DNA of 64,000 bases from assembly GCA_038087875.1 (NCBI GenBank), contig CM075977.1, positions 300,514,001 to 300,578,000 on the forward strand, in the 5' to 3' direction. This document shows, piece after piece, positions 25,601-37,464 of this stretch; positions within the stretch are counted from its first letter, which is position 1; each line of letters starts with the position of its first letter. The stretch is from Malacoraja senta (taxonomy: Eukaryota). The translations under genes were made by a program, and so were the position numbers. Below the pieces are notes generated by a model. That model was given only the letters and a program-made list of their open reading frames with translations. It was not told the origin of the DNA and ran no database searches.

Positions 25601-27314
25601 AGTCTGATACTGGGGCAGTAGTGGTGAATGTTTTTTGCTGCATTGAGGTAAAATGTTTGTATACATTTTCCATTTTTCTCATTTAACAGTATATACAGAA
25701 GAGCAAACAGGATTCCGTTTTGGGAGTATTGGTGGTACTAGATTGGATCTACAAAACCATGGTACCCTGAGGTGTTTAAAATGATCACAAATAATCTGTT
25801 TGTGCACTCTATAACTGATGATTCACATCCTTTACATAATCATATTGGTTGTTGATTTACAGATTTTAAGGAGTGACATTTATCGGAAGAGGACTATCAG
25901 ATTGTACTGTGGATATTATTGCAATCTGGAGGGATGTACCCAGAAGTAGTACATTTCTTACATAAAGAAATGGGATATGTTTTGTTTAAGCAGACTATTA
26001 CATATCACACTATAGACATATCAGTAGTGTTAGAATTCTGTAAACTCTTTATTTTATTAGCAGTTAAGCTATAATGCTATGAATACTGCAAGGAGTGCCG
26101 TTACTGCATATCTATGGAGGAATCAGAACAAAATGTGGTAGGGTTACACCCTTTGGTCTGCAAATTTATGAAAGGATTTTAATTCTAAAACCTCTTAGAC
26201 ACAAGTATACAATAATCTGGAATGTAAGAGATATGCTATATTGTTTGTTTATGGACTCCTATTACAGTGCTGTCCTTGGCTTGAATGATCATTAAGGAAG
26301 TCAAGTTCAGGGGACTGGTTTATGCACAGAGAATGCAACTATTGCAGAAAGTAAGAATAGACATGATGGAAAGAGACAAACAGTTACTATTGTGTTCTAT
26401 GTCTATGAATTGCTTAAACAGAGTAGATGTGGAATCACAGGATGTAAGTTGGGGTTTCAGCATATCCTACGGATCCACATCTATGTGTGGTATCACATTT
26501 ACAATGTTAGATTGAAGCTATCAGAACCTTAAAGAGGTTCAGTATGAGTATTTTATTAGCCATAAATAGCTGCATAGGAAAGTGTCGGTTTAGACTATTT
26601 TAAAAATGGCTGAAGCATGTATGGATGGATACTGACAATTTTTAATCTTATTTCACCAGGGCACCATCAAGTTTGACGGCCAAGGAATTGGATGTTCTAA
26701 TAAAACATATCCTCGTGGCTGCAGGCATAAGTGAAAGAATTCACCTATTACCATAAGGAGATTATAATACCTGTGGTTATTTGGTGGTGTTATTTTTGGG
26801 ATTTAGTATTAAATATTCCTCTTGTGATAAAGGGGTTACTATTATGGTGATAAATTAACCATTAATTGGTTGCATCCATGTTATGGTTTTGCATTGTTGA
26901 TTATTTTACTTATTTAGAGTCAATCAATGCAGTGAGTGCCTGGATTGAATCTACTGCCTGAAATCACAGAGCTTTGAAATCTTCACGTAGTCACTCACGT
27001 GACTCCAAAGTAAAATAGTAAGATTAAACGTGAACTTACCAGTTTGAAGTTTGATCGTTATTTTATGAGGAGTTACGTTGAGGGATTACGTGCCCTCCGC
27101 TCCCACCCTCATAAAAGATCGAGCTGGTAGTTCTAGTCTTTATGTATCTTACTATCATACTTCACTAATTGTCGTCTGTGATTTCACTCCGCTGCGTTGA
27201 AGATTGACGCTTGTGCGGCTGGACGGGCTCTTCTTCACGTAATCCCTCAACGTAACTCCTCATAAAATAAAGATCAAACTTCAAACTGGTAAGTTCTCAT
27301 TTAATCTTACTATT
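22647..27314 (+). mobile_element. DIRS1-like tyrosine-recombinase retrotransposon, full span, coding regions decayed
   Basis: Short ITR (22674-22703 vs 27212-27241). ICR at 26981-27092 is complementary to both termini. ATT at both ends. Relic motifs: RT DGGCRYILDLKIFN (~24292), RNase H-like LHTNGSAL (~25133) and YVNHSSG (~25340), methyltransferase-like DLFVSRFNHQLPKY (~25550), YR-like STRA (~26655). Confidence 0.9.
23000..23660 (+). repeat. Degenerate ~55-62-bp tandem repeats in the DIRS gag region
   Basis: Recurring GTTGGCCTA(G/C)AGG..AGCCAG(T/C)G; homologous to the WPTGEP repeats of 58998..59618. Confidence 0.75.
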
Positions 27315-27749
27315 AAACCACAGCTGATCTGTGGGCCTTAGTTCTATTTACCTGCCCTTGTTACATACCCTTTAATGCTCTTACACAATCTGTTTTTATT
27401 AATTATAGTCTTGAAATTTTAAATTCATCCAGGATCAAAATTTTCATGGGGGCAAAAGTTACAGATTCTCACAACACTTTGCATGATGAGATACTTGCTG
27501 GCATTGCACCTAATTGGGTTGTGTCTAGTTATATCATTTACTCTAGAACTTGCCAATTTAGGAATTAATTTCTAAATCTTTTCTGTCAAATCCATACCTA
27601 GCACCATTGGGTTACTCCTTTACCTTATGCAATCTGTCATTAAAAGTTAACGCTTTTAACCCAGTGAATGTACGTCAAACGATACAACGTTTACATTCTG
27701 CCAATATCAGAAAAAAAGCATATCACCCAGTACACAAGAATAAATGTGC

Positions 27750-28010
27750 AGTAACTCAGCGGGACAGGCAGCATCTCTGGAGAGAAGGAATGGGTGACGT
27801 TTCGGGTCGATACCCATCTTCCGACGTCTGAAGAAGAAGAATGGGTGATGTTTTGGGACGAGCCCCTTGTTCAGACCTCTGAAGATGGGTCTCGAACCGA
27901 AATGTCACCCATTCCTTCACTTCAAAGATGCTTCCTGTCCCGATGAGTTACTCCAGCATTTTGTGCCTATCTTCGGTTCAAACCAGCATCTGCAGTTCCT
28001 TCCTACACAG
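27750..28010. mobile_element. Compound inverted PLE pseudo-LTR insertion with three hammerhead-like cores
   Basis: Two minus-strand cores and one plus-strand core between TAAATGT(G/A)CAGTA direct repeats. Confidence 0.75.
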
Positions 28011-28149
28011 TAAATGTACAGTATTCTCTTCATCCCACAATCCAAAAGGCAGTTTAAAGCAAGCACATTCTGTATTTATTAGCCTCCAAATATGTGAAGC
28101 ACAATTTTCAATTAATTTTGAAAATATTCTCAGTCATCCTTGAGTCGGT

Positions 28150-28515
28150 TGCATCAAATGGCTGTAGGTTGAAGCCTCACTTCAAATGCCCCAGCACATG
28201 GTTAAGGGGTTCAGCACAGTGATGGTGAAATATTGCACCATCACAAGTACCATTTTTTGGATGAGATGTTTGGGTTGACACAATAATTTCAAGAAATATG
28301 CTGAACTAGAAAGTTATCCTGGTGTTCCAGCTAACATATTTTCCAAACAACACCATTAAAGAATTTTGTTTTAAATAACATCTCATTGCTACCTTTGGGA
28401 CCTTGCTGAACATAAATTGGCTGAAATGTCTGCCACCTTCAAGCACTTTATTGGCTGTAAAGTGTTTCAGAACAAATGCATAAGGCAGGCATCATATAAA
28501 GAAAACAATTCTCTT
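28150..28515 (+). mobile_element. Old DeuSINE-like element
   Basis: CTCATTGCT..TGGGACCTTGCTG..AAATTGGCTG and ATTGGCTGTAAAGTG motifs resemble the Deu domain and L2-type tail. A related minus-strand piece lies at ~33500-33730. Confidence 0.5.
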
Positions 28516-28830
28516 TCCATTTAAAAAAAACAAATACCCAATTAAAAAGTGCTGGAAATACACATCAATTGTTTCATTATCTATAAGATGAGTCAGTCTT
28601 GATCCAGAACAGTGATGTGATAGGATTATCAGAAATACTAACTTATTTGTCTTTCAGACTTTTGAAAATTAAATGAGTAGCTTTACATTTCCTTTCATAG
28701 AGTCATAGAGTGATACAAGTGTGGTACAAGTGTGAAACAGGCCCTTCGGCCCTACTTGCCCACAGCGGCCAACATGTCCCAGCTACACCAGTGGCCCATA
28801 TCCCTCCAAACCAGTCCCATTCATGTACTG

Positions 28831-28920
28831 AAGAAGGGTTTCGGCCAGAAACGTTGCCTATTTCCTTCGCTCCATAGATGCTGCTGCACCCGCTGAGTTT
28901 CTCCAGCATTTTTGTCTACC
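28831..28920 (+). mobile_element. 90-bp PLE-derived insertion beginning at the hammerhead core, inside a CR1 3' end
   Basis: TSD TCCCATTCATGTACTG at 28815-28830 and 28921-28936. Confidence 0.85.
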
Positions 28921-28947
28921 TCCCATTCATGTACTGTCTGACTGTTT

Positions 28948-29120
28948 NNNNNNNNNNNNNNNNNNNNNNNNNNNNNNNNNNNNNNNNNNNNNNNNNNNNN
29001 NNNNNNNNNNNNNNNNNNNNNNNNNNNNNNNNNNNNNNNNNNNNNNNNNNNNNNNNNNNNNNNNNNNNNNNNNNNNNNNNNNNNNNNNNNNNNNNNNNNN
29101 NNNNNNNNNNNNNNNNNNNN
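28948..29120. other. Assembly gap
   Basis: Run of N. Confidence 1.
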
Positions 29121-29404
29121 AATTAGCCAAGTATAAGTAACATTGAGTATTATTTTATTTGTGTTTTCAATTAACTAAGTATAAATATCATATATTATTT
29201 ATTTATTTATTTGGTAAAAGTTTCTTCATAATCAAAAGAAATTCCTGATCCCCGTTTAGGCTCAAAATGTAGTCAACAAAGAAAATTAATATGACCGATT
29301 AAATTTATATTAAAGTACTCAATGTTTTGGCCATTCAAATATCAATTAACAATGATTCCACCCTCCACCAATAATTGCACTAAAATCTGACCAGTACGGC
29401 AAAT

Positions 29405-29652
29405 AACGGAGACGAGGAAACACTTTTTCTCACAGAGAGTGGTGAGTCTGTGGAATTCTCTGCCTCAGAGGGCGGTGGAGGCGGGTTCTCTGGATGCATT
29501 CAAGAAAGAACTAGATAGAGCTCTTAAAAATAGCAGAGTCAGGGGATATGGGGAGAAGGCAGGAACGGGGGATGATCAGCCATGATCACATTGAATGGCG
29601 GTGCTGGCTCGAAGGGCCGAATGGCCTACTCCTGCACCTATTGTCTATTGTC
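29405..29652 (+). mobile_element. CR1 3' fragment
   Basis: Reverse complement of the 14160-14420 type sequence. Confidence 0.85.
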
Positions 29653-29788
29653 ATAACATAATCAATGCCTCATTTTGCAGACCATGTTTGTTTGTGCACT
29701 ACAGATTGCACCCTGCTACTAATATATGAAAGGTATTGAATTGTACAGCACAAAACAGTCCCTTGGGCACTTCATATCCTTGCCAACC

Positions 29789-31644
29789 TGTAGATTGGCT
29801 ATTTCATATATCCTTCGTATACCTGGACCTGCTCAATCTAAGGAACATTGCACGGGATCCCATACTAGGTTCTCCAGCCCAACGACTGATGTCTCGCCAA
29901 ACCCGTGCTCCCCTGCCTGTCTCCTAGCAGCTGTTGCAGCCACAAGTTCGTTCCCCGCCTGCCGTTCAGCAACAACTACAATTTAAACGTGACACGCAGA
30001 AGCGGTTCTTCGACGTTCAGCAAGCCACATACCTCTTGTATGTGGACAAGTGGTTCGTCTGCAAACTGACATGGGCCATGCACGCCTGGGACACATCCAC
30101 GGCCCTGCCAAAGAACCACTTTCATACATGATCGAAGTGGACGGAGTCATCTACAGACGCAATCGTCAACACATCCTTCCGGTGAAGGAACTGCGTCCAG
30201 CGACTCCATATCCTGATGTCCCGCATCTCGTGCTCCCTCCCACAGTTGGTCCCGCGCCCCCACCACCAACCGTCGTTCCTACCACAGTCTCCCAGCGTCG
30301 TTTGCCGCCTGGCTCGCCGATCTCATCTCCCACCCTGCCTGTTGGGTCGCCAGTCGTTTCCCCACTCCCCTCCCCAGTCTCTTCTCCCGCGAAAGGAGGT
30401 GAGGCGGTCTCATACCGCACACGGGCCGGACGGCTTTGCAGGCCACCCGTTAGATATCGCAATTTTGTGTAACTTTGCAAATGTATTCTTAACATTCTGC
30501 TTATATTGCTTAGCCACCAATGTTTCTTTATTTCTACAAGAAGATATGTAGATTGGCTATTTCATACTAGCCAATTATAGTGCTTGTTAATAGTAGCTAC
30601 AGGCACGGAAATCGCTATCAAAATATGGGAGGGACCGGGGGACAGGGGGTCACAATTTCTTGGCAGCCGCACGCGCATGCGCACACTCACACACACGCGC
30701 GAGGCTTCAAAGGCTTCAGCTGTGGGCCCTGTGAATGGTAATTACAGCTCAATCCAGCGCTAAATGCAGCTCAACTCTCTCTGCCTGTCTCGCCGGGTTA
30801 ACCGACAGCCCCGCCTGGACTGACGGGACACCAGCCTGGAGTCGTGGAGCTAGCGCTGCTTCTCCCTGCTGGCTGTAAACCTGGACCATATTTCCCGTAA
30901 GTCCAGGCAGGGCTGTAGGTTAACCTGGTGGTACAGGCAGAGCTGAGCTAGGTTTAATGCTGCTACTCTGCGCTGGCTGTGGGCCTGGGGGTACCGCTCC
31001 CGTCTGACTCCCGACATCTCTGGCCACCCCCGGGCGAGGGGGGGGGGGCACTCGGGTGGGGACGGTGATTGTCCAGTGATGTTTCGGCAGCGATTGCAGC
31101 GCCAGAGAACCGGGATCGATCCTGGCTGTGGATGAGGCGCAGGTCTGTGTCCAGGGTTGTTGAGAGTGTTTTGGCTCATCTCACTCCTCCAATCACCGCG
31201 CTCTATCCTCAGTCCCACCCCCCCTACTTCCGCCTCTGACCGACACCTCCCTCCTCCAATCATCGCACTCGATCATCATGTTCCGCCCCCATTGTCTGCT
31301 GACCGACGTCTCTCTCGTCCAATCGGCGCCCTCGATCAGCAGTCCCACCCCCACTGTCTCGCGGAAAGCGGAGATTTCACAGGGTTTTAAAATCTGGATT
31401 AAAAAAAATTGTGGGGATCGTCCCCCACATCTCAAAACAGGGCGGGGAAGTGTCCCCCCTGGACCCCCCCCGGATTTCCGCCCTGAGTACCTCCGCCTAG
31501 TATGTATTTTTATCATATTGAGAAGTCGCTTATGCTAGTTAGTAGCAGTAGCAGCTCGGAGCTGTAACGTCTGCAGATCCATGCTGTAAGTGATTTAATA
31601 AATATGTGTTGTATCTTAATGTGTGTTCGAGTCAAATCATTACA
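29789..31644 (+). mobile_element. Gypsy LTR retrotransposon with a large internal deletion
   Basis: TSD CAACC at 29784-29788 and 31645-31649; TGTA..TACA ends. 20-bp 5' LTR stub equals the start of the 3' LTR at 30547. Integrase C-terminus LLNLRN..GSPAQRLMSRQTR and YRRNRQHI..TRAGRLCRPPVRY. Confidence 0.88.
30600..31485. mobile_element. hAT-like non-autonomous element inserted in the Gypsy 3' LTR
   Basis: Imperfect TIRs CAGGCACGGAAATC / GATTTCCGCCCTG; 8-bp flanks AGTAGCTA / AGTACCTC (6 of 8 match). Confidence 0.7.
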
Positions 31645-32364
31645 CAACCTTTTTACCCATCTACACTATTCCCATTTGCCCACATTAAGATCCCCTCCAA
31701 ATGTTAAGGCGGTACTAACTAAACCCGTTATGAAATTCGTATGATCTTCCACTAATTCAGCATACATATGTAGCTCTTAGTAGAATAAACATTTCAATTT
31801 ATGGATGATAAACAATTGACAAGTTACTAAAAAATGGACATATTGCTACTGCAAAACCTTGATAAAAATGTCTGATGAAAATAGCATTTTCCCTATCTTA
31901 GATTATCCCCATGCTCGTTACAGACAATAATACGTTTAAAGCACATCTATCATCACAATGTTGAAAACAATCAACTTTTATATATCCGCAAAAGTAGCCA
32001 TGACCAAATAGCAGCTGCATATTTTGTCACAGAGTACAATGTTCTTATCTACCTTGCAATAGAATTCTTTAAAATAAACTATTTTATTTCGTTTTTTGTC
32101 CAGATAGATTCTTCAGTAAGTGTTGATTGTGATGGATCACTCCTACCCAAAACCCATTCCAATCTCCTTAGCCTATTCAGCTCTTCAGCAAAATCACTGA
32201 CAGAACACTGATTGCATCTGCACCTTTCCTTCGGTTATTTCTACACATAATCTCATAATCACCTTCTCCTGTTACCCTAACTTTTCTCACCAAACATCAG
32301 TTCTTAGCATCTTCCCCTCCCCGTATTCCCAGACTGTTCTTTATTATACTTACTCTACAATAAG

Positions 32365-33320
32365 AGTCATGCAGTGAGAGTCACGAAGCACGGAAACAGG
32401 CCCTTCAGCCCAACTCACCTCTGCCTACCAAGATGCTCTATCTAAGCTAGTCCCATTTGCCCTCATGCGGCCCATATCACTCTAAACCTTTCCTATCCAT
32501 ATACTTATTCATATTCCCATTTGCCCACATGTGGCCCATATCCCTCCAAACCTTTCCTATCCATATACTTATTCATATACAATATCTTTTAACTATTGTT
32601 ATAGTACCTGCCTCAACTATCTCCTCTGGCAACGCGTTCCATATGCCTACTACTCTATGAGTGAAAATGTTGCCACTCAGGCACGTATTAAATCTTGCCC
32701 GGAACCTTTAACCTATAATTAGTTTTTGATTCTCCTACTCTGGATAAAATACTCTATATATATTCACCCTATCTATTCCCCTTGTTATTTTACAAAAATC
32801 TATAAGATCACCCTTCAGCCTTTACGCATCAAGGAATAAAGTCCGGGCTTGCCCAACCTCTCCCAATAGCTCAGGCACTGAAGTGCTGGCAACATCCTCA
32901 CAAATCTTTTCTCAACCCTTTCCAGCTTAATGACATCCTTCCTGTAGCATGGTGATCAAAAATGGACACAGTACTCCAAATGCAGCCTCATCAACATCTT
33001 GTACAACCGTAACATAACGTCTCAACTTCTATGCACAATATCCTGACTGATAAAGGCCAATGTACCAAAGGTATTCTTTACAACCCCATCTAAGTGTGAC
33101 GCCTCTTTCAGGGAACTATGTGCCTGTATTCACTCTACAACATTTCCAGGGCACTACCATTACACGTAATTAGTCATTCCTCAGCCCAGTTGCCCAGGAT
33201 CAAGATCCCGCTGTAATTTATCGTTAACCGTCTTCACTATCTACAATACCACTGACTTTAGTGTCATCTACAAATTTACTAATCATGCCATGTTCGTTCT
33301 CATCCAAGTCGTTGATCTCA
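32365..33320 (-). mobile_element. Older CR1 fragment with a 64-bp tandem duplication (32452-32579)
   Basis: Decayed RT-thumb sequence and CR1 3' UTR. Confidence 0.75.
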
Positions 33321-34022
33321 ACCATCTGCCATGGCAAACAATGGAGGAAATTACTTTGTTTAGTCATGCAAGGCCTTGAACATCATAAAGCAGCCCGAGT
33401 GATTCATACTAAACTGGCGCAACATCACTTTGTCATGCATCTAACAATGTCCAGCCGGTCCATTTTGGAGGCGATGATTAAGTTATAAATGCCAGCTTAG
33501 TTACTGAGGATAAATCCCTTGCTTTCCTTCATGATGGTATTATGGGTTCTTCTACATCTATCTGATATGTCAGGTAGGACTTTATTTTAACATCTCATTT
33601 AATGTACCTGAAAAGTGCAGCACTTCCCAAGTACTTCGTAATGATGCCAGTATAGACTTTTGGCTCACAGCTCTAGAATGAGACTTGAATCTACAAATTT
33701 CCATCCCAGAGTTGAGAGTAGTAATCAACACCACATGACTTTGAGCACCTTCCAGCACTATGGGGCCAGGAGCATTCTAAAAGCCTCTCAATCAACAAAT
33801 GTATCTCTGTCAACATCAAGTGCATTAAAATAATCCACTACAATATATCAAAAGCAATGAAAAAAAGTCATACCGAGTCAAAGCTATTTGCACCGCATTA
33901 GAAATTAACCATGTGGGTTTGTCAGTTTTGCAGCTTCATAAATCTACACACTGAGCACTCATTTCATAAGAAGGAAACTGATCACATATTTATATAATAT
34001 GTTACAATGTCAAGTAAATTAC

Positions 34023-34194
34023 CTGGAACTCCACACTTTGACATGTTGGTATGATGTCTTGGTCGAATGGAGGAACGCTTGTAAACAACATGAGGGTGGC
34101 CTTTGCCATATGTAAAGTCACTGTTATAGTCCATAGATATATTCTGTAATGGCTCAATGAAATACTGATCCTCTTCTGTTACAATAACACCATG
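34023..34194 (-). CDS. ADAMTS6: ADAMTS6 coding exon (exon 4), prodomain with cysteine-switch-like KCGVP
   Basis: cccaAG|CAT GGT GTT ATT...; translates HGVIVTEEDQYFIEPLQNISMDYNSDFTYGKGHPHVVYKRSSIRPRHHTNMSKCGVP; donor G|GTAAT; 172 nt, phase 0 to phase 1. Confidence 0.95.
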
Positions 34195-35229
34195 CTTGGG
34201 GAAAAAAACAAATTATCATTACTGCATGCAAGAAGACTTTTAATTCATCCTTTTTAATTAGGGCCAAAAGATCAAACCAAAAAATTCCTAGAATAGAAAT
34301 GTACCTGAACTGTGCACATTATGTTTTCCAAACTTTGAACTTGTATTTTAAGATTAAATAACAAAATTATTAATTATGCATTTACAGCAATTACTTGGCA
34401 ATATTATCTAAAAAGGTAAAATAATAATTTGAATAATTAAAAGCTCAATTTTCTTTCAATACATTGCTTTCGTGGGCTATTTTGTTATTCCTCTGGATAT
34501 TTTTGCGGAGGGGTCACACTGCAAATCTTTGGTTGTTAATCGTTCTTCAAACAGTTTTCTTCCAAAAATGGGGATTCCAGTGTTTTTAGCACTTTCAAGT
34601 AAATCTACCAACTAGGCATTTGCAAAAGTAATTTACATCTAAACCAAATTCAAAACCAAAGAAAAGGTAGTTAAATTGCTAAGCAAGAGTAACCATCCAT
34701 GCAACAACACTATGGGGTTTGTATTCCTTCTAAGTTAGCAGAAGCATATTGTTCCCTTACAGTGGCTATCTCTGTTATGGCAAGATAAACATAATTTGCA
34801 AACATGAAAAAAGGAGCTAATTAAATTTCTAACTAATACCATTCCCACAATAGCACCAAGAAATAAATTGTTGAATTAAACTATGGGAACTGCATGAAGC
34901 ATTTTACAGAAAACTGTACTTTGGAACGCTGCACGGGAATTTCGATATTCTACGTGCTTCTGAATAACATGCTGTCTGCAGAGGCCAGTGAAAGGGTCCT
35001 GCCTCTTTAAGAGCTGGCTACCCTTCCCACTGCGGTGGATCATATGCAAATTAGCCATGTGCATCCTACAGCGGGGCAGCTGCTTGTGTTTCCACTCCTG
35101 CAACTATTATGTCGGTGCAGCTAAAATTTCAGGCAGATGCTGATAACAGTTTATACTTTACAAAACAAAATAAAGAGAGGATTAAAACAACATCCCAAAT
35201 TGGAAAATCAAGCTGAATGTTCTACTCAC

Positions 35230-35597
35230 CAGACCATTGCAGTTGCTTAAAGCCACTTGTGTAGTGCTGTGCTCATGTTTTACATATCCCACGTAATAGC
35301 AGTTATCAATAAAATCGTGTTTCCATTCTGGACCATCAATCCCCCAATATTCTACGATAAAATGTCTGGAGATTAATTTAGTGTTTAAACTTAAGTTTAA
35401 ATGAAAGTGCTTTCCATAGGCGGACAGCCTGTAAAATAATTTAGAATCGGTTGGATCTCGGGGTGGAACATCCGAACTTCTCCTTCGCCTCGAATGCTTA
35501 TAGTTGTTCCCGCTGCTGTCGTTCAGGAAATCTCCGTTATGGTCCACTCGGACAGGAACCGTTAGCTGATAATGTTCAAGGTAAGAAAGGAATTCCT
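35230..35597 (-). CDS. ADAMTS6: ADAMTS6 coding exon (exon 3), reprolysin propeptide
   Basis: Within ORF 35182..35685: [22 protein letters not shown]...[16 protein letters not shown]...VALSNCNGL. Acceptor tttcaaAG, donor CTG|GTGAGT. 97+368 nt = 155 codons. Confidence 0.96.
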
Positions 35598-36322
35598 CTT
35601 TGAAATCACAAGATGGAAAGATGCAGGAAACAGGCGTGGAAGGAAAAAAAAGGACATGACAAAGTACCACTAAAATCGGAGTCAAAATTCATTCCAGCTA
35701 AATTAAAGGGAAGTGGCTATCAAGTATTTTCAAAACAGCAGCGACGCTAAACTAAGCAATAACATTTTACAATCCAACATTAATAGAATAGGTGTAAACA
35801 TCTTAAGTACATTAAATTCAGAGATTATCAAATTACCAGACATGCAAGAAATAGTCCGCAGAACCATTCCGTGAAAAGTGTCACCCAGTAACAACTTGTA
35901 AACTGCAAGATCTGGTACAAATCTACCGTGAACACATCAAATGCAATATGCGGATTCTGCCAAGATCGGTAACGCAAGTTTATGCATATTTCAGTCATAT
36001 ACAAAGCATTAAACCTGGACCTCGTTTGCTTTGGATTATATGAGCTATTTTCTGCCAATCCTGACTTGCATACTTTATATATAACGGGGCTGTCATCGGA
36101 AGGGCTCATCCAAAGCCAATCACACCCAATGCAGCGCAATAGGCTTAATGTTTAAATCGTGCTGTCCCAATCGGTCAAACTTTGTTGTGCCTGAGACAAA
36201 TATAGTTGCGAGAGAATGAATGTGGCCCAACAATAGCCAATGGGGGTTATTTATCTGTGCTTTAAAGCGTGGTGATGTGGCGCTACTCTACGGTGTATGC
36301 GGTCATGCTGAGATTATCCTAC

Positions 36323-36419
36323 CTTGAGAACTGTAAGAAAGCCTTGTGTCACTGTCAAATTCCGAAGCGGCCATGACTAGGCTCAAAATCCAAGTCACCG
36401 TCTTCCACAAAATTTCCAT
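36323..36419 (-). CDS. ADAMTS6: ADAMTS6 first coding segment (exon 2): start codon and signal peptide
   Basis: attATGG; [32 protein letters not shown] followed by G|GTAGG donor; near-identical to the ADAMTS6 N-terminus. Confidence 0.96.
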
Positions 36420-36694
36420 AATTCAGTGAACCAAAAGCTGTGTGTGGCTACCTTTGCGCTAGACGGTTTCTTCGACTCCAGAAGCGCACCGTGACAAGCC
36501 CATGGGGTCCGTGCTGCTGCTGCTGCTGTTGCGGCGGCGATGGTGGCGGTAGCAGTGGCGGCGGCTGCGGCGCCTCAGCGCCGAATGGCCTGGCGGCCCC
36601 TGCACCAGCCCGCGTGCCCGCACATCGCCGCGCCCTAAGCCAGGCAGCCGCAAAGCGCCAGACCCTCAGCACCGACACTCAGTCATCCGCCTGC
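36420..36694 (-). other. ADAMTS6: ADAMTS6 exon 2 5' UTR portion, GC/CpG-rich with CCG/CAG triplet runs and three uORFs
   Basis: Polypyrimidine tract and acceptor tgtttccccctctctgcAG at 36695-36713; contiguous with the ATG at 36419. Confidence 0.75.
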
Positions 36695-37464
36695 CTGCAG
36701 AGAGGGGGAAACACAGACCATTAGTCCGCTGCCTCTCCACTTGTACCTGGCGAGCCAGCAAGCAAACAATTTACTTTATTTAGGTTGCAAATAGGTTTTA
36801 TTTAATCGCAAATAGGTTCCATTTCATTGTTTTTTAAAATAAAATATAAAATGAAATAAATGAATGCACCGTTACTGCTGATAACGTGATGTTGCAGAGG
36901 GCTCGACTGCAGAGCACATGAGGGAGGAAATGCATATACCTCCCTCTCAAAAGCCCCGGGTTTGCTGACTTCCAAACAAAGCCCCTGGCAGGGTTGACAT
37001 CTAAACATCCGATTTCTAGCCAGAGGGAGCGGTATGACTTGTGTGCCTTTCTAATCTAAAGTAAAAGTCGTCAGCATAGGCATCGAACTACCTCGTTCTT
37101 CCGAGCACTCCTGACTTCCCAGCGAATCTAGCTTTTTTCTGGACTTAAAAGTCCCAGAGCCGCGTTTTCCCCAAGCTCGTCGGCTTCCCTGTTAACCCCG
37201 AGTCCGACCTCAAGGGTCCAACAGGCAAGGAAGCAACATGAAACGAATGAAGGTGGAACATCGGGTGGAGAAGCAGAACCCACCTCCTCGCTTGTTGCTA
37301 GGCGGAGCCTGCTTATCACCACCCATCGGCTTCCCGTTAACTGCCTCCATGTATAGGTAGGTTTATTATTATTATTGTCACGTGTTCCGAGCTACAGTGA
37401 AAAGCATTGTTTTGCATGCTATCCAATCAAATCAGACAATACTATACATAAATACCACCAAGCC

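Noticed and set aside
28878-29130. ORFs spanning X residues
   Set aside because: Artefact of the N gap.
35598-35685. N-terminal part of ORF 35182..35685 as a signal peptide
   Set aside because: It is intronic polypyrimidine sequence; the real N-terminus is encoded at 36323-36419.
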